A stretch of 64,000 nt of DNA from Amphiscolops sp. MND2022 (lineage: Eukaryota): positions 65,846,001 through 65,910,000 of the forward strand of contig OZ076409.1 in NCBI GenBank assembly GCA_964187785.1, written 5' to 3'. The notes under the pieces were generated by a model. It ran no database searches, was not told the origin of the DNA, and saw only the letters and a list, made by a program, of their open reading frames with translations. Both the position numbers and the translations under genes were made by a program. Of the stretch, positions 12,077-23,230 are shown one piece after another (positions within the stretch are counted from its first letter, which is position 1; each line of letters starts with the position of its first letter).

Positions 12077-12187
12077 CTTGTATAAATAGAGATAGAAACA
12101 GTAGAAAGATATACAAATGCGCTTTGCATAGGATTTGTTTGGAATGACTTGGCGAGAGAGAGTAGAAAAAGACAAATGATAATAATA

Positions 12188-15100
12188 TTAGAAATAAGGC
12201 TTTCCGTACCACTCTCTAGGAATGTTTCGTAACGTTCCTGTATTTCGTGAGCGTGGAGCAGCGGCAGTACTAGTTGAAGGAATATTGCGGGGTGAAGGAC
12301 TAGGTGTGGTTGGCTGACTAGTTATTGCTGGCGATTCTCCTTGAAATGAAATAGGAGTCTGAGGAGATGACTGAGGGATGCCAGAGTCGGGTGAGCTCGC
12401 TAAGAAAGTCGGTGTCGAATGAGCGGAGCCGCATTTAGCAGGCGAACTATAAGTCGTGTTCATCCTGGATGGACCAGGTGTGTCGGGAAATATAGGTAAG
12501 TATTCTTGTACGTGCTGTCGTTCAGCAAGCGTTTCAATTGGTTTGTTCAATTCGGAGAGTCGATTCTTTGCATACTCGTTGTAAAAATGTTCGGTTCTGT
12601 CGTCGTTGACAGGCTTTTCGTAATTGGACAACAATGTCGGTAAGTCATTATTACGAGGGAAAAATTCAACGAGATGATTACGATGAACGACATGAATCCT
12701 CGTTGGATCCGAATCGAGCGCGACTTCGTAGTTCACTTTCGTGATCACTTTAGTTACAGTGTACGGTCCACTTCGGAGCTCGCACAGTTTTTGTGATTTC
12801 CCGAATGGGACTTGATGATTTTCGAGTAGTACTTTTTGTCCAACACGTAATGGTTTAGCAAGTTTGTACTTGTTTCGGTACGGCAGAGATCGATGATTCG
12901 CTTTACGAACCTTTGTATATACTTTTCTGTATATGTTTTTGAATTGTGTTTCTCTGTGTAACAAATCCAATGAACACTTTGACGTCAGTAAGGAGTCGAT
13001 GCAAGAATGTTTCGTGTCTTTATTCAGGTGTGAGTGGTCAGGTAAAGACTGACAGAATTCGGATTGACACAAATCATTGTCGTCTCTCCCTAGACCTAAT
13101 TTCAACGAAATTGGAATTTGTGGTTTAAATCCGAAAACAACTTCGTAGGGGGTTGTTCCTGTACTGGCGTTCACTGAAGTGTTATGAGCGAAGGCGAACT
13201 GAGGAGCCAGCTTGGCCCAATTATTTCCTGCTTCGGAAAGATAGCATCGAAAATATCGACTGAGGTGTTTGTTTTGAATTTCAACCTTGCCGTTAGTCTA
13301 AGGAGACCATTTAGTTCTTGGGGCATGCGTTATGCCTAAATCCAAGAGAAAGGTTGAGAAATCGGTGCTCATGAACGATGTTCCTCTATCATATACAAGT
13401 TTTTGAGGAATACCAAACGAAGTAATGAAAGAAGTCATGGCTTCAATGGTATCACTTGCATCAGTCGACTTGACTGGGTAAACTTGTATAAATCGTGAGA
13501 ATGCGTCAATCACAACCAAACAGTGATGTTTCCCGTCGCTCATCGGATTCAGAGGTCCTTTGTGGTCGATGTGAACAGTGTGAAAGGGATAAGGAATTTC
13601 TTCTCCCCATTTTTCATTTGGAGCGGTGTTTTGATCCTTTCTGACTTGTTTATTTTTTTGGCATATTAGGCAGCTCTTCGTTAGAGTCCGCACCCATTTA
13701 TACATACCAGGCCAATAGAAAAATCTTTTCAGAGACAAAAGTGTCTTTTCACATCCGGGATGTCCTGAAAGTCGATGGTCGTGTGCAACATTGAAAGCTT
13801 CAATGAAACAGTTGCGAGGCAAACATATTTGTCGTGATGAATGCTTGCTAGTTTTACAAACAAGATGGGTTTCTTCATCGATGAACAATTTTTCAAATTG
13901 ATTTGAGTAGCCAAGTAATCCCTTGCATTGTCTTGACTCGACATCTTTTGACGGCACTTTGCCTTTAATTATCCATGATTTAACAGTGCTCAGGACTGGG
14001 TCATCCTGTTGGTTTGCCAAAATATTGTTTAAGTCTAGATTATCGGTAACGAGTTTCAATGGTTGTAGTGAGTCTTGAATGGTGAAAATGGAGAGGATGA
14101 AAGGAACATCTTCTTTAGATGCATTTACAACCTCTGTGTTCAATAGAGGATCTTCGTCAGAAGCCTCATTGTCACTATTGTCGGTTTCGGAGTCAATTTC
14201 GGAATAATGATTTTCCTGAACTTCGGCTTCCACAACCATTGGTGGGGTTTGCCATTTACGTCGAATGTTGATGTCCTTACCTTCACGGAAGGAATCAGAA
14301 ACATCAAAGAGCGCTTTCGGAGAGTTTGGATCGTATACCGTACAAATAAGATCTGTACCATCATTTTTCAGGTGAAGTTTCTTTGTTTCACCCAAGTGAG
14401 TGCAAACAATTGGGTAGAAATCATCGTTGGCGCTTTCAGCAGGGCTGTTGTGGTCTATCAGATACTGAACTTCGTGTCCACTTTGGCTGAAGAACTTTAT
14501 ATCTTTTGGAATTTCTTTGTGAAGCAATTGGTGCCCGTTGAGATCTTTCAACGACACATTTCTGCTTAGCAAATCTGGAAACGCTAAATTCTTTCCAGGG
14601 GTCCAAATGATTTGCAAATTAGTGAACTGAGTGATAATCACTTGGTAGCGGAAGAATCTATGAGATAATCTTCCTTTGCGTGCCCATAGATACAGGAGGG
14701 GCTTGTGATCACAGAATACCTTGATGGGATGCCGAGATCCAATTATGAAATGCTCATACGTTTGTAGAGCAGAAATGATTCCGCACAGTTCTCGATGTAG
14801 CGTTGACATCTTTTGTTCATCCTTTGTAAAGACTCGCGAATTGAAGGAAACTATACGTTTCCCGGAAGGAAAATCTTGAATTAAGATTGATCCCGTACCA
14901 ATACTGGAGGAGTCGACATGGATGTGGAACGGATACTTTGGGTTTGGTACAGCTAAGATGGTTTCTTTGCTGATTCTATTTTTTATGTCTTAGAACAAGT
15001 TCTCATGCTCTTTTGTCCATTTGAATGGAGTGTCATCTCTCAGAAGTTCGTAGAAAGGTTTCGAATCTACATGTAAATTTTTGATGAAGGTGCTGTAGAA

Positions 15101-17110
15101 ACCTAAACTTCCTAAGATGCGCATTACATCTCTTTTGTTCTCAGGGCTTTTCAGGTTTTTCAAATCTTGTACTTTTTTGGCTACTGGCTGGATTCCTTTG
15201 TCGGAGACAATGTGTCCAAGAAACTGAACTTTCCTCAAGAACAGTTTTGTTTTGTTCGGTGCAGCTTTCAGACCTGATGATCTCAAGCACTTGAAGTATG
15301 AATCCAAATTATTCCACATTTCTTGTTTGGTTTTTGCCTGTAAGATAACATCATCAATATATGTTATCACTTGTTTCTTGGCTATCATTTCAGCGAAATG
15401 AATAGTCATTATCCGACTGAAGAAGTTTGGTAGTCCGCAAAGACCATAGAATCCTCGTTCGAACATGTACTGTTTTCCACCAACAATAAAGCTTGTCAAC
15501 TTCTTCGTATCCTCGGTGAGGGGTACTTGGTTATAGGCGGAAGCTAAATCACTCGTTGTGTAATAAACTCCATCAAGTCGTGTCAGTAACATTTGTACTG
15601 GTTCAAGGGGCCATGAGTAGTTAGTCAAGTCAGTGATTGAGTTAAGATAACGTGCGTCAATCACAAGCTTCACGGTATCTCCTTTTGGTAAAATGATGAT
15701 AGGGTTTGTGAATAGGGAACCCATTTCCACATCATTTCCCATTTCTCGAATGATTCCAGCTTGTTGCAGTTCATTCAGAAGAATTTCAAGTCGGTCTCTG
15801 TAGTGCAGAGGGACTTTTGAGGGCCTTTGTTTTCGCAATTCGGCGTTTTTCTTCAATTGTACATGAAATGCTTGTGTGATTTTTCCAACATCATAAGTAA
15901 ATTTTGAAAACACGTCATTGTTTTCAACTAAAACTCGGAGAAGATGTTGTATTTCACGGTCATTTATATCGGATTCAGAAAAGTCAATTTTTTCTAAAAA
16001 GTTGCGTTCGGCGGGACTAAACTCGGCGTAAAATTCATCGTCGAGTTGTTTCCTTTTAATATCGGAAGCAGTTTTGGGCATTTTCGGTTGTAATGATTTC
16101 ACCTCATTGGAGAAATCAGTAGCCAGTTCATTTTGCGAAATAGCGCTTTCGGCCATTTGTTTCCGTGAATCAATTTCCGTTAAGGAATAAATATACGGTT
16201 CGGTCGAACAAACGTGTAAATCCTTGTTCCATTGAGACTCAGAAGTTTTGAGATACTCAATGAAAGCGACATTGTCAACGACACTCATCAATTGCGAGGT
16301 CTCTTGGACGCTGTCGAGCAATGTGTATCCAAGAATTCCTTTACGAATAGTAATACTATTCGGGTTCGGATTGTTCAGCATTAAAGGATATTTCGACTCG
16401 TCTTGTGAGCAATACACGTGATACGTGTAAATGCCAGTATCTAAAATGTCTTGGTGTAAACGGAAACTTGTTCCCTGTTTGAACAAATGTTTATCTTCAT
16501 CTCTAGCAATTAAACTCAAAACTCGGGTCGAATACGGTGCAATTGTAATGTCTTGAGTCAATTCTACTGAATTAACCTGGGAGAAGTAGGGAAAAGGCTT
16601 GTCTAAATAAGGTGACAGTTTAACACATTTGCCGGGGAAGACCGTTAAAATTAGCATTGGATTTCTCAAGTTAATGAATTCACCAAAATTTGCCAAAAAA
16701 TCCATTCCAAGAATGTTCATTCTCGCCTCGGGGGAATCAGACACATAAACAGTGTGTTCGATCACACAAGAATATTCTACGTCAAACGCAGACTGAATAA
16801 TAGTTTTCCCTTTCATGGGCATTGCGTGTCCATTAGCAGCTAAAGGCGATTTCTCGAGAGGCGTTACAACTAAAGGCTGAATTTTGTTAATTTCAGTGAA
16901 TGTCTCACGGTTGATAATGGAGCACGTTGCGCCAGTATCTATGAGAAATTGAGTGCTGAGGCCATCATTTTTATTTTTGTCTCCGACGGCGTATTGAAAT
17001 AATTCTATATAAAAATGTTGGCCGGACGTTCCAGCAGTTGGAATGTGAGGGGTTTCATTTGATTCCTCACTTTGTTGGTTCGGAGACTTGATTAGTTTAA
17101 AGGATTGCAT
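12188..17110 (-). pseudogene. pol: pol polyprotein (protease, RT, RNase H, integrase) with two in-frame stops
   Basis: ORFs 14990-17110, 13298-14809 and 12188-13174 share one frame. Motifs: DTGA (PR), YIDD (RT), VDSS...FCDHKPL (RH), HHCC, HIDH/YDRG/GKVE (IN) and GPY. Stops are TAA 14990-14992 and TAG 13298-13300. Confidence 0.93.
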
Positions 17111-18195
17111 GACTGCAGAGTGTCATACAAAGAATTCACCTTGTCAGGCTTTGCTTCGAACCGAACAGCTCCAGAGTAGCTGTTACTTCTGCTTCGGTAG
17201 CCATTTGAAACATAAGGACTATTACTTCTGCCTCTTTGGCCGTTGGACCGATTGTCCGATTGTGATGTGTTATTATTCGGAGACTTGGGTCGACTTGGAT
17301 AGTTTTGCGCATATGTTTCTTTTGGTTGGGGAGGAGGTTTTTCCTCGTTTTCTTTCTTCTTTTTCAATGTCCAACAGTACTTGATTGTGTGTCCGGATTT
17401 TTTGCAATAGTTGCAAAATCTAGTAAAGTCTTGTTTCATTTTTGGGTTGTTCGGATCATAGGTAGCATTGATTTGATGATTTTTCACCATGTTGGTGATT
17501 TCATTCAATGTTTTCTCTATGTTAGTGAAACGGGCGTCCATTGTCCCTGTTGAAGTTTGGGAACTTGAAGGTTGCAAGCCGGACATTTCGGCACTCACAA
17601 CTAAACTCATATCTTTATTTATGATAAGAGTCTGTAAAGCGTCCCATGATTTGTTGGGATCTTCAATCATTGCTTGATGGGCTTTCTGTTTAAGACCCGG
17701 GGGCATTAAGCCTCTTATGAAGTAGTCTTTGTACTTCCCAATTCTCTGATTTTCGCATGCTGTGATAGCCTCTTGATTCGCATTTGACGGTGTTGGCCAG
17801 CCTTTGTCTACCAACGTTTTTATTCTGTGGATGTAACTTTTTATGTTTTCATCAGGCTGTCTTTTCAGATTCTCGGCCTCAATTCGGAACCGATATTGCA
17901 TTTTTCTATCCGTAAACCTGTTTATGAATTGTGTTTTCATTTCTTCCCATGCTAACGCAGCGTCTAATGAATCAAACCACTCAGCCGCAGGTCCGCGTAG
18001 AACGGATCCGAAAAGTGCTTTTCTGCGGTCGTCATACACGGTTTGTTGGCCATTTTCATTTGCCGTAGGCCTACTTCCTAAAGAAAAGCTGATTTTCTTT
18101 TCTAATAGACGTATAAAAGCAGTTGGGTCCTCACTTGAATCGATTCCAATGAACTTCTCTAATGCTAAGTCAGGGTACGCTACAGTGTTTGCCAT
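17092..18195 (-). CDS. gag: Gag, 367 aa
   Basis: Retrotransposon capsid-like region (LRGPAAEWF) and CCHC knuckle CNYCKKSGHTIKYC. Confidence 0.93.
   Translation of the reverse strand: MANTVAYPDLALEKFIGIDSSEDPTAFIRLLEKKISFSLGSRPTANENGQQTVYDDRRKALFGSVLRGPAAEWFDSLDAALAWEEMKTQFINRFTDRKMQYRFRIEAENLKRQPDENIKSYIHRIKTLVDKGWPTPSNANQEAITACENQRIGKYKDYFIRGLMPPGLKQKAHQAMIEDPNKSWDALQTLIINKDMSLVVSAEMSGLQPSSSQTSTGTMDARFTNIEKTLNEITNMVKNHQINATYDPNNPKMKQDFTRFCNYCKKSGHTIKYCWTLKKKKENEEKPPPQPKETYAQNYPSRPKSPNNNTSQSDNRSNGQRGRSNSPYVSNGYRSRSNSYSGAVRFEAKPDKVNSLYDTLQSCNPLN
17095..17101 (-). other. -1 ribosomal frameshift slippery site U UUA AAC
   Basis: The gag frame reads CCT TTA AAC TAA, and pol is in the -1 frame. 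Confidence 0.8.
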
Positions 18196-18495
18196 TTGTC
18201 TATTTAATCACGTTTACTTTGCTCCTTCATCACACTTTACAATTTTATTATTATTTTTGGCAATAACAGACTGGATTTTTGTGTAGAAGTTTCGTTGCTC
18301 CAATACACATGTAAAAATTGTTTACAAAGGAATCTCTTCGATCCTTTCGCAAATAAATAATTTTTGGAGTTTTGTTGCTCCTTTGAAATGGACAGTTTCT
18401 GCGTATTTAAGCCTTAACACGGAATGTTAAATTCCAAGGCAGCAGGCGAGGTGAAATATGGGCTTTCCATTTTCTTGCGAAACCTCGCTGGGATC

Positions 18496-18720
18496 GTGCA
18501 ATTTAAGGAACACTCGTGTGTCAGAAATAAATTTCTTCCACGGAACCCGCACAGGCTAATACCGAAGCTAGCGTAAGTGGATACTGTTTAGACTCAGTAC
18601 CAAGAGTTGTGCAATTTAAGGAACACTCGTGTGTCAGAAATAAATTTCTTCCACGGAACCAGCACACGCTAATACCGAAGCTAGCGTAAGTGGATACTGT
18701 TTAGACTCAGTACCAAGAGT
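18496..18720. repeat. 113-bp tandem duplication in the retroelement 5' leader
   Basis: GTGCAATTTAAGGAACAC...CCAAGAGT at 18496 and 18609. Confidence 0.9.
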
Positions 18721-18949
18721 ATGAAATTTTGTTTAGTATCTGCTTTAGATACTAAATGTTGTCAAAAAGTGAATTTTTGTTTAATATCTGCTTTAGATAT
18801 TAAATGTTGCACAAACAGTTGTTATTTTTCAAGAAATATTTGCTTTAAATATTTCAATTTTGAAAGATAAATCCCACCACGGGGAAAAGATTTTTGTTTT
18901 GTACGCTCGGTTTTATGGTCGTACAAATTGCGGTGTGAAATTGTTCTTT

Positions 18950-18964
18950 GCTCTGGTCGCACCA
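18950..18964 (-). other. Primer binding site TGGTGCGACCAGAGC
   Basis: Begins with TGG, 2 nt after the 5' LTR. The primer tRNA was not identified. Confidence 0.75.
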
Positions 18965-18966
18965 GA

Positions 18967-19473
18967 TGTTGTACACCGGTGTTTTGGTTACTTAGTACTC
19001 GCTTTCTAACCTAAGCATTAAGTCTCAAAAAGTGTTACGAAAAGGAAGATAAATTAAAACTGGAGGTTTACAGTAAGTAGAATTTTGTTAAGTCCTGCAA
19101 ATCGCTGACTTGTAAAATTTATAATGTTCTGTCAATTTTGGGACTCTTTGTCCTTTCAATTTTGGGGGATTTTCAGAAAGCAAGAGAGAAGGAAAATTGA
19201 GAGAAGAGAAAAGAGTTGTTGCTTTCTCAGTGTTCCGCGTTGGAATTGGTACCTGAATTTTTCTTTCCAGCTCAGGACAGTTCTACTGTCGCGTGGATTT
19301 TTCCTACTGGCTGAGCATTAAAGGAATTTGGGAATTCCAATTTCCTTTTAGCGCGTTGCTATTCGCTTAGAAAATAAAATGCTCTAATAATTCCGCTTTG
19401 GAAATTATTATGTCTCTGAGTCAATTTCCTCTATTGGGAAAATGAACTAAATTAGAAATAGCGCATTGCTACA
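18967..19473 (-). repeat. 5' LTR
   Basis: 507-bp near-identical copy of 7170-7676, adjacent to the PBS. Confidence 0.95.
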
Positions 19474-20237
19474 GTTCAGTCTAGTTTGTCAAAAAAATTA
19501 AGGCTCGAACAATAAATTTTCTACAACTTTTCATTCGCCTCGCTTTCAGAAACACTGAATGAGTGTTCATTCAAATAAAGTATTTCAAGTAGTCAAACTG
19601 TTTGTCATTAAATTCCTTAGTTGTTCGAACATACTAAATTATGCGGACAGATTGTATAAAACAGATTATATAAACTAGCATGAGACGGTCAAACATGGAC
19701 GTGTTTGGTCCTTGATTGGGTATTTCGTGTAACTGAGAAAAAAGCAAAGCATTTTTTGTGTCTTTGAACGCTGTGACTTCTCGCACCCAACAACAATTCC
19801 AGAATATATGAGAATTGATCAACTTGTTTAAAATCGAAGAAAAATTGGTTTTCATTGATTTACTTCTGAAATAAAGTTTGAGCGTTTGCCTCTGAAATTG
19901 TAGTGGATGGCCATTTCGTTGGTCGTTGAACTCGCGGAATATTGTAATCGACGAAAAAATTTCACGCAGCACAAAAATTGCATCGAAAAACCAAAAAATT
20001 GTTATGCTTTTTTTCCAAATGAAAGTTTCCTCAGTACCAAAGCACTCAAAACTTGCTTGAAATTTGAGAATTTTTTGAACTTTTGAGAGGCATCATTTCG
20101 TTTTTTTTGAACGTACTTATCATTTCTATTGTCTGGAAATCTCGCTGGATTGTGTCAATGTGGCACTGTAAGTCTGACCCTTAGGGGCATTGAATGTCTG
20201 AAAATCCGAAAAGTTGCAAAGGTCAAATGTTTGGGTG

Positions 20238-20437
20238 CAGTGGCGGTTTTAGAAAATTTTTAAGCGGGATGCTGATTGTGTGAAAACGGCTTTTGCTTAG
20301 AATAGCGCCTATTTCTTACATATTGTAAATTATAGTGAAACCTAGAAAGGTCCCCTCTGTGAGCAATGGCACTACATTTTTTTCAAAAAAGGGGGGATGC
20401 TACCGCATTCCCCGCATGCCCCCTAAAACCGCCCCTG
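20238..20437. mobile_element. 200-bp hAT-type MITE
   Basis: TIRs CAGTGGCGGTTTTAG / CTAAAACCGCCCCTG and an 8-bp TSD TTTGGGTG (20230-20237, 20438-20445). Confidence 0.85.
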
Positions 20438-22166
20438 TTTGGGTGTCATTTCAAGGCATTTTGTAAATCCCGAAAATCCTTACTGCTTGTCGTAAAAGTG
20501 TACAATTTACCAATTTACTCTTCGACTCGTCTGCGAAATCGTTGGTTGTTTGCATTTCTTGAAACGCTGAAAGTCATTACAGAAATTGCTCAAGGCAGTC
20601 AGAAAGTGGACTTTCTAGCTTTTTGGGGTATTGACTCATTTCATCATTTTGTAAAGATCAAATTAGATTGCTCTTCGTTAAAAGCGTAGATGATAATAGA
20701 TCACACACACGGGATAAGGAATAACTAACAGGCTCAGTTTTGAGCTGTTTGGATATTCTCATTTTTCGATACGTTCGATATCGCATTGTAAAATGCTCTG
20801 ACGTATCAAAAATTTTGAAATTTACAAGTTTTCAGTTTTGTTTTTCGAGGTTCATTTTGGGACACATTTTCATCAAAGTTTATCCGAGTTGTATTTCTGA
20901 AACGCGACCGGGATAACTGTATTTTTTAAAAGTCAGCAAATTGGGGGGGGACTAGTTAGGTTTTCTGGAGATTTTGGGTTGGTTCGACAAAATTCAATTT
21001 GACAGACATATTTCAGGTTTCTCTTCAGAAAATCATCCGGGATAGTTGATTCATTTGTGTATTTTCAATTTTTAATCTACTTTGGGGTTCTTTTGGCACT
21101 TTTACTCAGGAACTTTTAGAATTGCTTTTTAAAAAATTTCCGAATAGCTGGTTGATTTGCTTAGGATATTCTTATCAACTAGAATTTACAAAACTGTAAA
21201 AAAAACTGTAGAAACAAGGTAAATTTGTATAAATTTGAAGTTTTAGCTGTTTTGGTGTCATTTTGGGGTTACATTGGGATTTACCAAAAAATTCTACTCT
21301 CTACAAAAACATATTACATGAAATTCAGTTGATGTCAGTTTGAATTCTATGCGAGAAAATTCAACTTGGGTGTGACATTTGAGCATGACAAAATTTGCGA
21401 AAAAACGCAGCTAAGTTAGTATTGTTTCCGTATGGAAAAATCGGCGGAAAACAACAAAGTATGACTGTGATTGAATTAGTTTGCACATCTCATTTTCAAA
21501 TCTTTCATCATTTACATAATAAGTTGTTTTTTTTTCTTTTCAAGAAAGAAAGGTGAAATGTTCAATGATACAGAGAATCAGCTTTTAGCCCGCGTAACTA
21601 AATAGGCACTGCTGGAGGTTATGTTCTCTCTAGAGTTTCATTTCAGTTTTTTAATGTTCAAAACTTGCGTCTTTAGTACAGTCGGCCAACTGACATCTAT
21701 TCAGTCGTCTTAACAAAGTCATTCGTAAATTGACCAATGTTAAGCAACTGTTACATGATGTTTTCTTGTCAAATAAAATGTTTTTGAACAATCAAAGTAT
21801 AATTCATGTAACCACCTGGGCATTGTAGGATGTGAGCCATTTTCGTATTGTGATCATTTATATTATAGTTTTACTTAATACGAAATTGTTTAAACCTGAA
21901 AACATCGAAAATTCTGAAACATCAAAACAGTTGCTCAAAGCCGAAAAAAGATCCTTCCTTTCCAATTTTTGAGAAACCATCACAGAAATCATCAAAACAC
22001 CAGAAATTGTTCACAAAATGCTCTTCGGTAAGCCTCGCAGTACCGAAAAAGTTCCAAGGGGACCCTTTGGCCTTTCCTCTACCTTAGAAATTTGGTTTTG
22101 TGCATAGCTCGGATCCACTAACTCTTGCGTCTCAGGCCCGGTCAACACGCATTGTTGACTGCTATG

Positions 22167-22221
22167 AGAAGAATACAGCCGCAAATAAACCAGGTACTTA
22201 GAACAGTTTTAACCCAAATTT
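22167..22221 (+). repeat. Polinton left TIR
   Basis: 55-bp perfect reverse complement of 44069-44123, starting AGAAGAA, with ~35 bp of imperfect extension. Confidence 0.95.
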
Positions 22222-22354
22222 TAATTCAATTAAAATTTAACACAAGTACTTTTACAAATACTTTTAAGAATCACTGAAAAGGAAATGAATATTCATTCCT
22301 ATACGCACACGCGTGGCTGCTTTTAATTTAATTTGCGCACGCGCTGGCGGCCGT

Positions 22355-22500
22355 TCGCGGTTTTTCCCGCGCATCCGCACAAGCTACACGAGCGCGGATT
22401 TATCCGCGCAGGCTATACGAGCGCGGATTTTTCCGCGCCGTTCCCATATGCAGCATTTTTTTAAACTTTCGTGCGCTCTCACGGCCAATAGAATTGGCTC
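22355..22500 (+). promoter_or_regulatory. GC-rich subterminal cluster with E2F-like sites and paired CCAAT boxes
   Basis: TTTTCCCGCGC, two 27-bp direct repeats containing GCGCGGA-TTTW-TCCGCGC, and GGCCAATAGAATTGGC. Confidence 0.4.
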
Positions 22501-23230
22501 ACACACTCATCTGTTGTAATTTTCAATTGCACAACTATTCATCATCAACTCTTTATCAACAACAGCAGCTCTTTCTTCAACGCTAACACTTCTATTCAAT
22601 CTTCTACGACTATACAAAATCCCGCAGCAAATGTTAGTATTTTTCTAAGTGAATTTCCATTCCCAATCAACAAAAATAGCAAGCTTCTTTAGTTTTTTTT
22701 CTGTTATAGCATGTCTCAAAACAACAACACCACCACCAGCATCGCCGCCGCCGCCACCAGCATCGCCGCCACCGCCACCACCACCACCAGCATCGCCGCC
22801 ACCACCACCCAGAACTAACCAGAAATGGAAATGTGGGTTATTTATTTGTTCGTTTGCTTACTGGATTGAAAACAAATTCTTATTAAATTTTCACGAGCTG
22901 CAAATCAAACTGTTTTATTCTAGAATCATCAACGCCAATTCGCAGTCGCCTCTGCTTACCACCCCGATCTTTGTTTTGCCGCCGCCCTACGAAGAAGAAG
23001 AAGAAATTTATTCATCGGAGATCTCCCAGGACTCAATGTCCGAGGTATGTTGAAGCAATGTTCATATTTTTGACAGAATTTTTTTTGTTTGCGCCCTTTA
23101 GCAATTGAGAACCTTAACGAAAGTCAAGTTGCACAATCATTGAAAAAAAGGCAACAAAAATAGTTTCCTATTGTAACAACGAATGTACACTAAACCTTCA
23201 GTTCGAAAAAATTTTGTGTGGAAAACATTG

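Larger units (their letters stand above)
7170..19473 (-). mobile_element. Full-length Ty3/Gypsy LTR retroelement with an envelope gene and an extra ORF
   Basis: Two 507-bp TG...CA LTRs, 4-bp TSD GTTC (7166-7169 and 19474-19477), a PBS, and gag-PR-RT-RH-IN order followed by env and ORF4. Confidence 0.97.

Noticed and set aside
22649..23053. Proline-rich ORF near the Polinton left end
   Set aside because: Driven by CCA/CCG triplet repeats with a non-ATG start. It may be part of a spliced gene, but no model can be supported.
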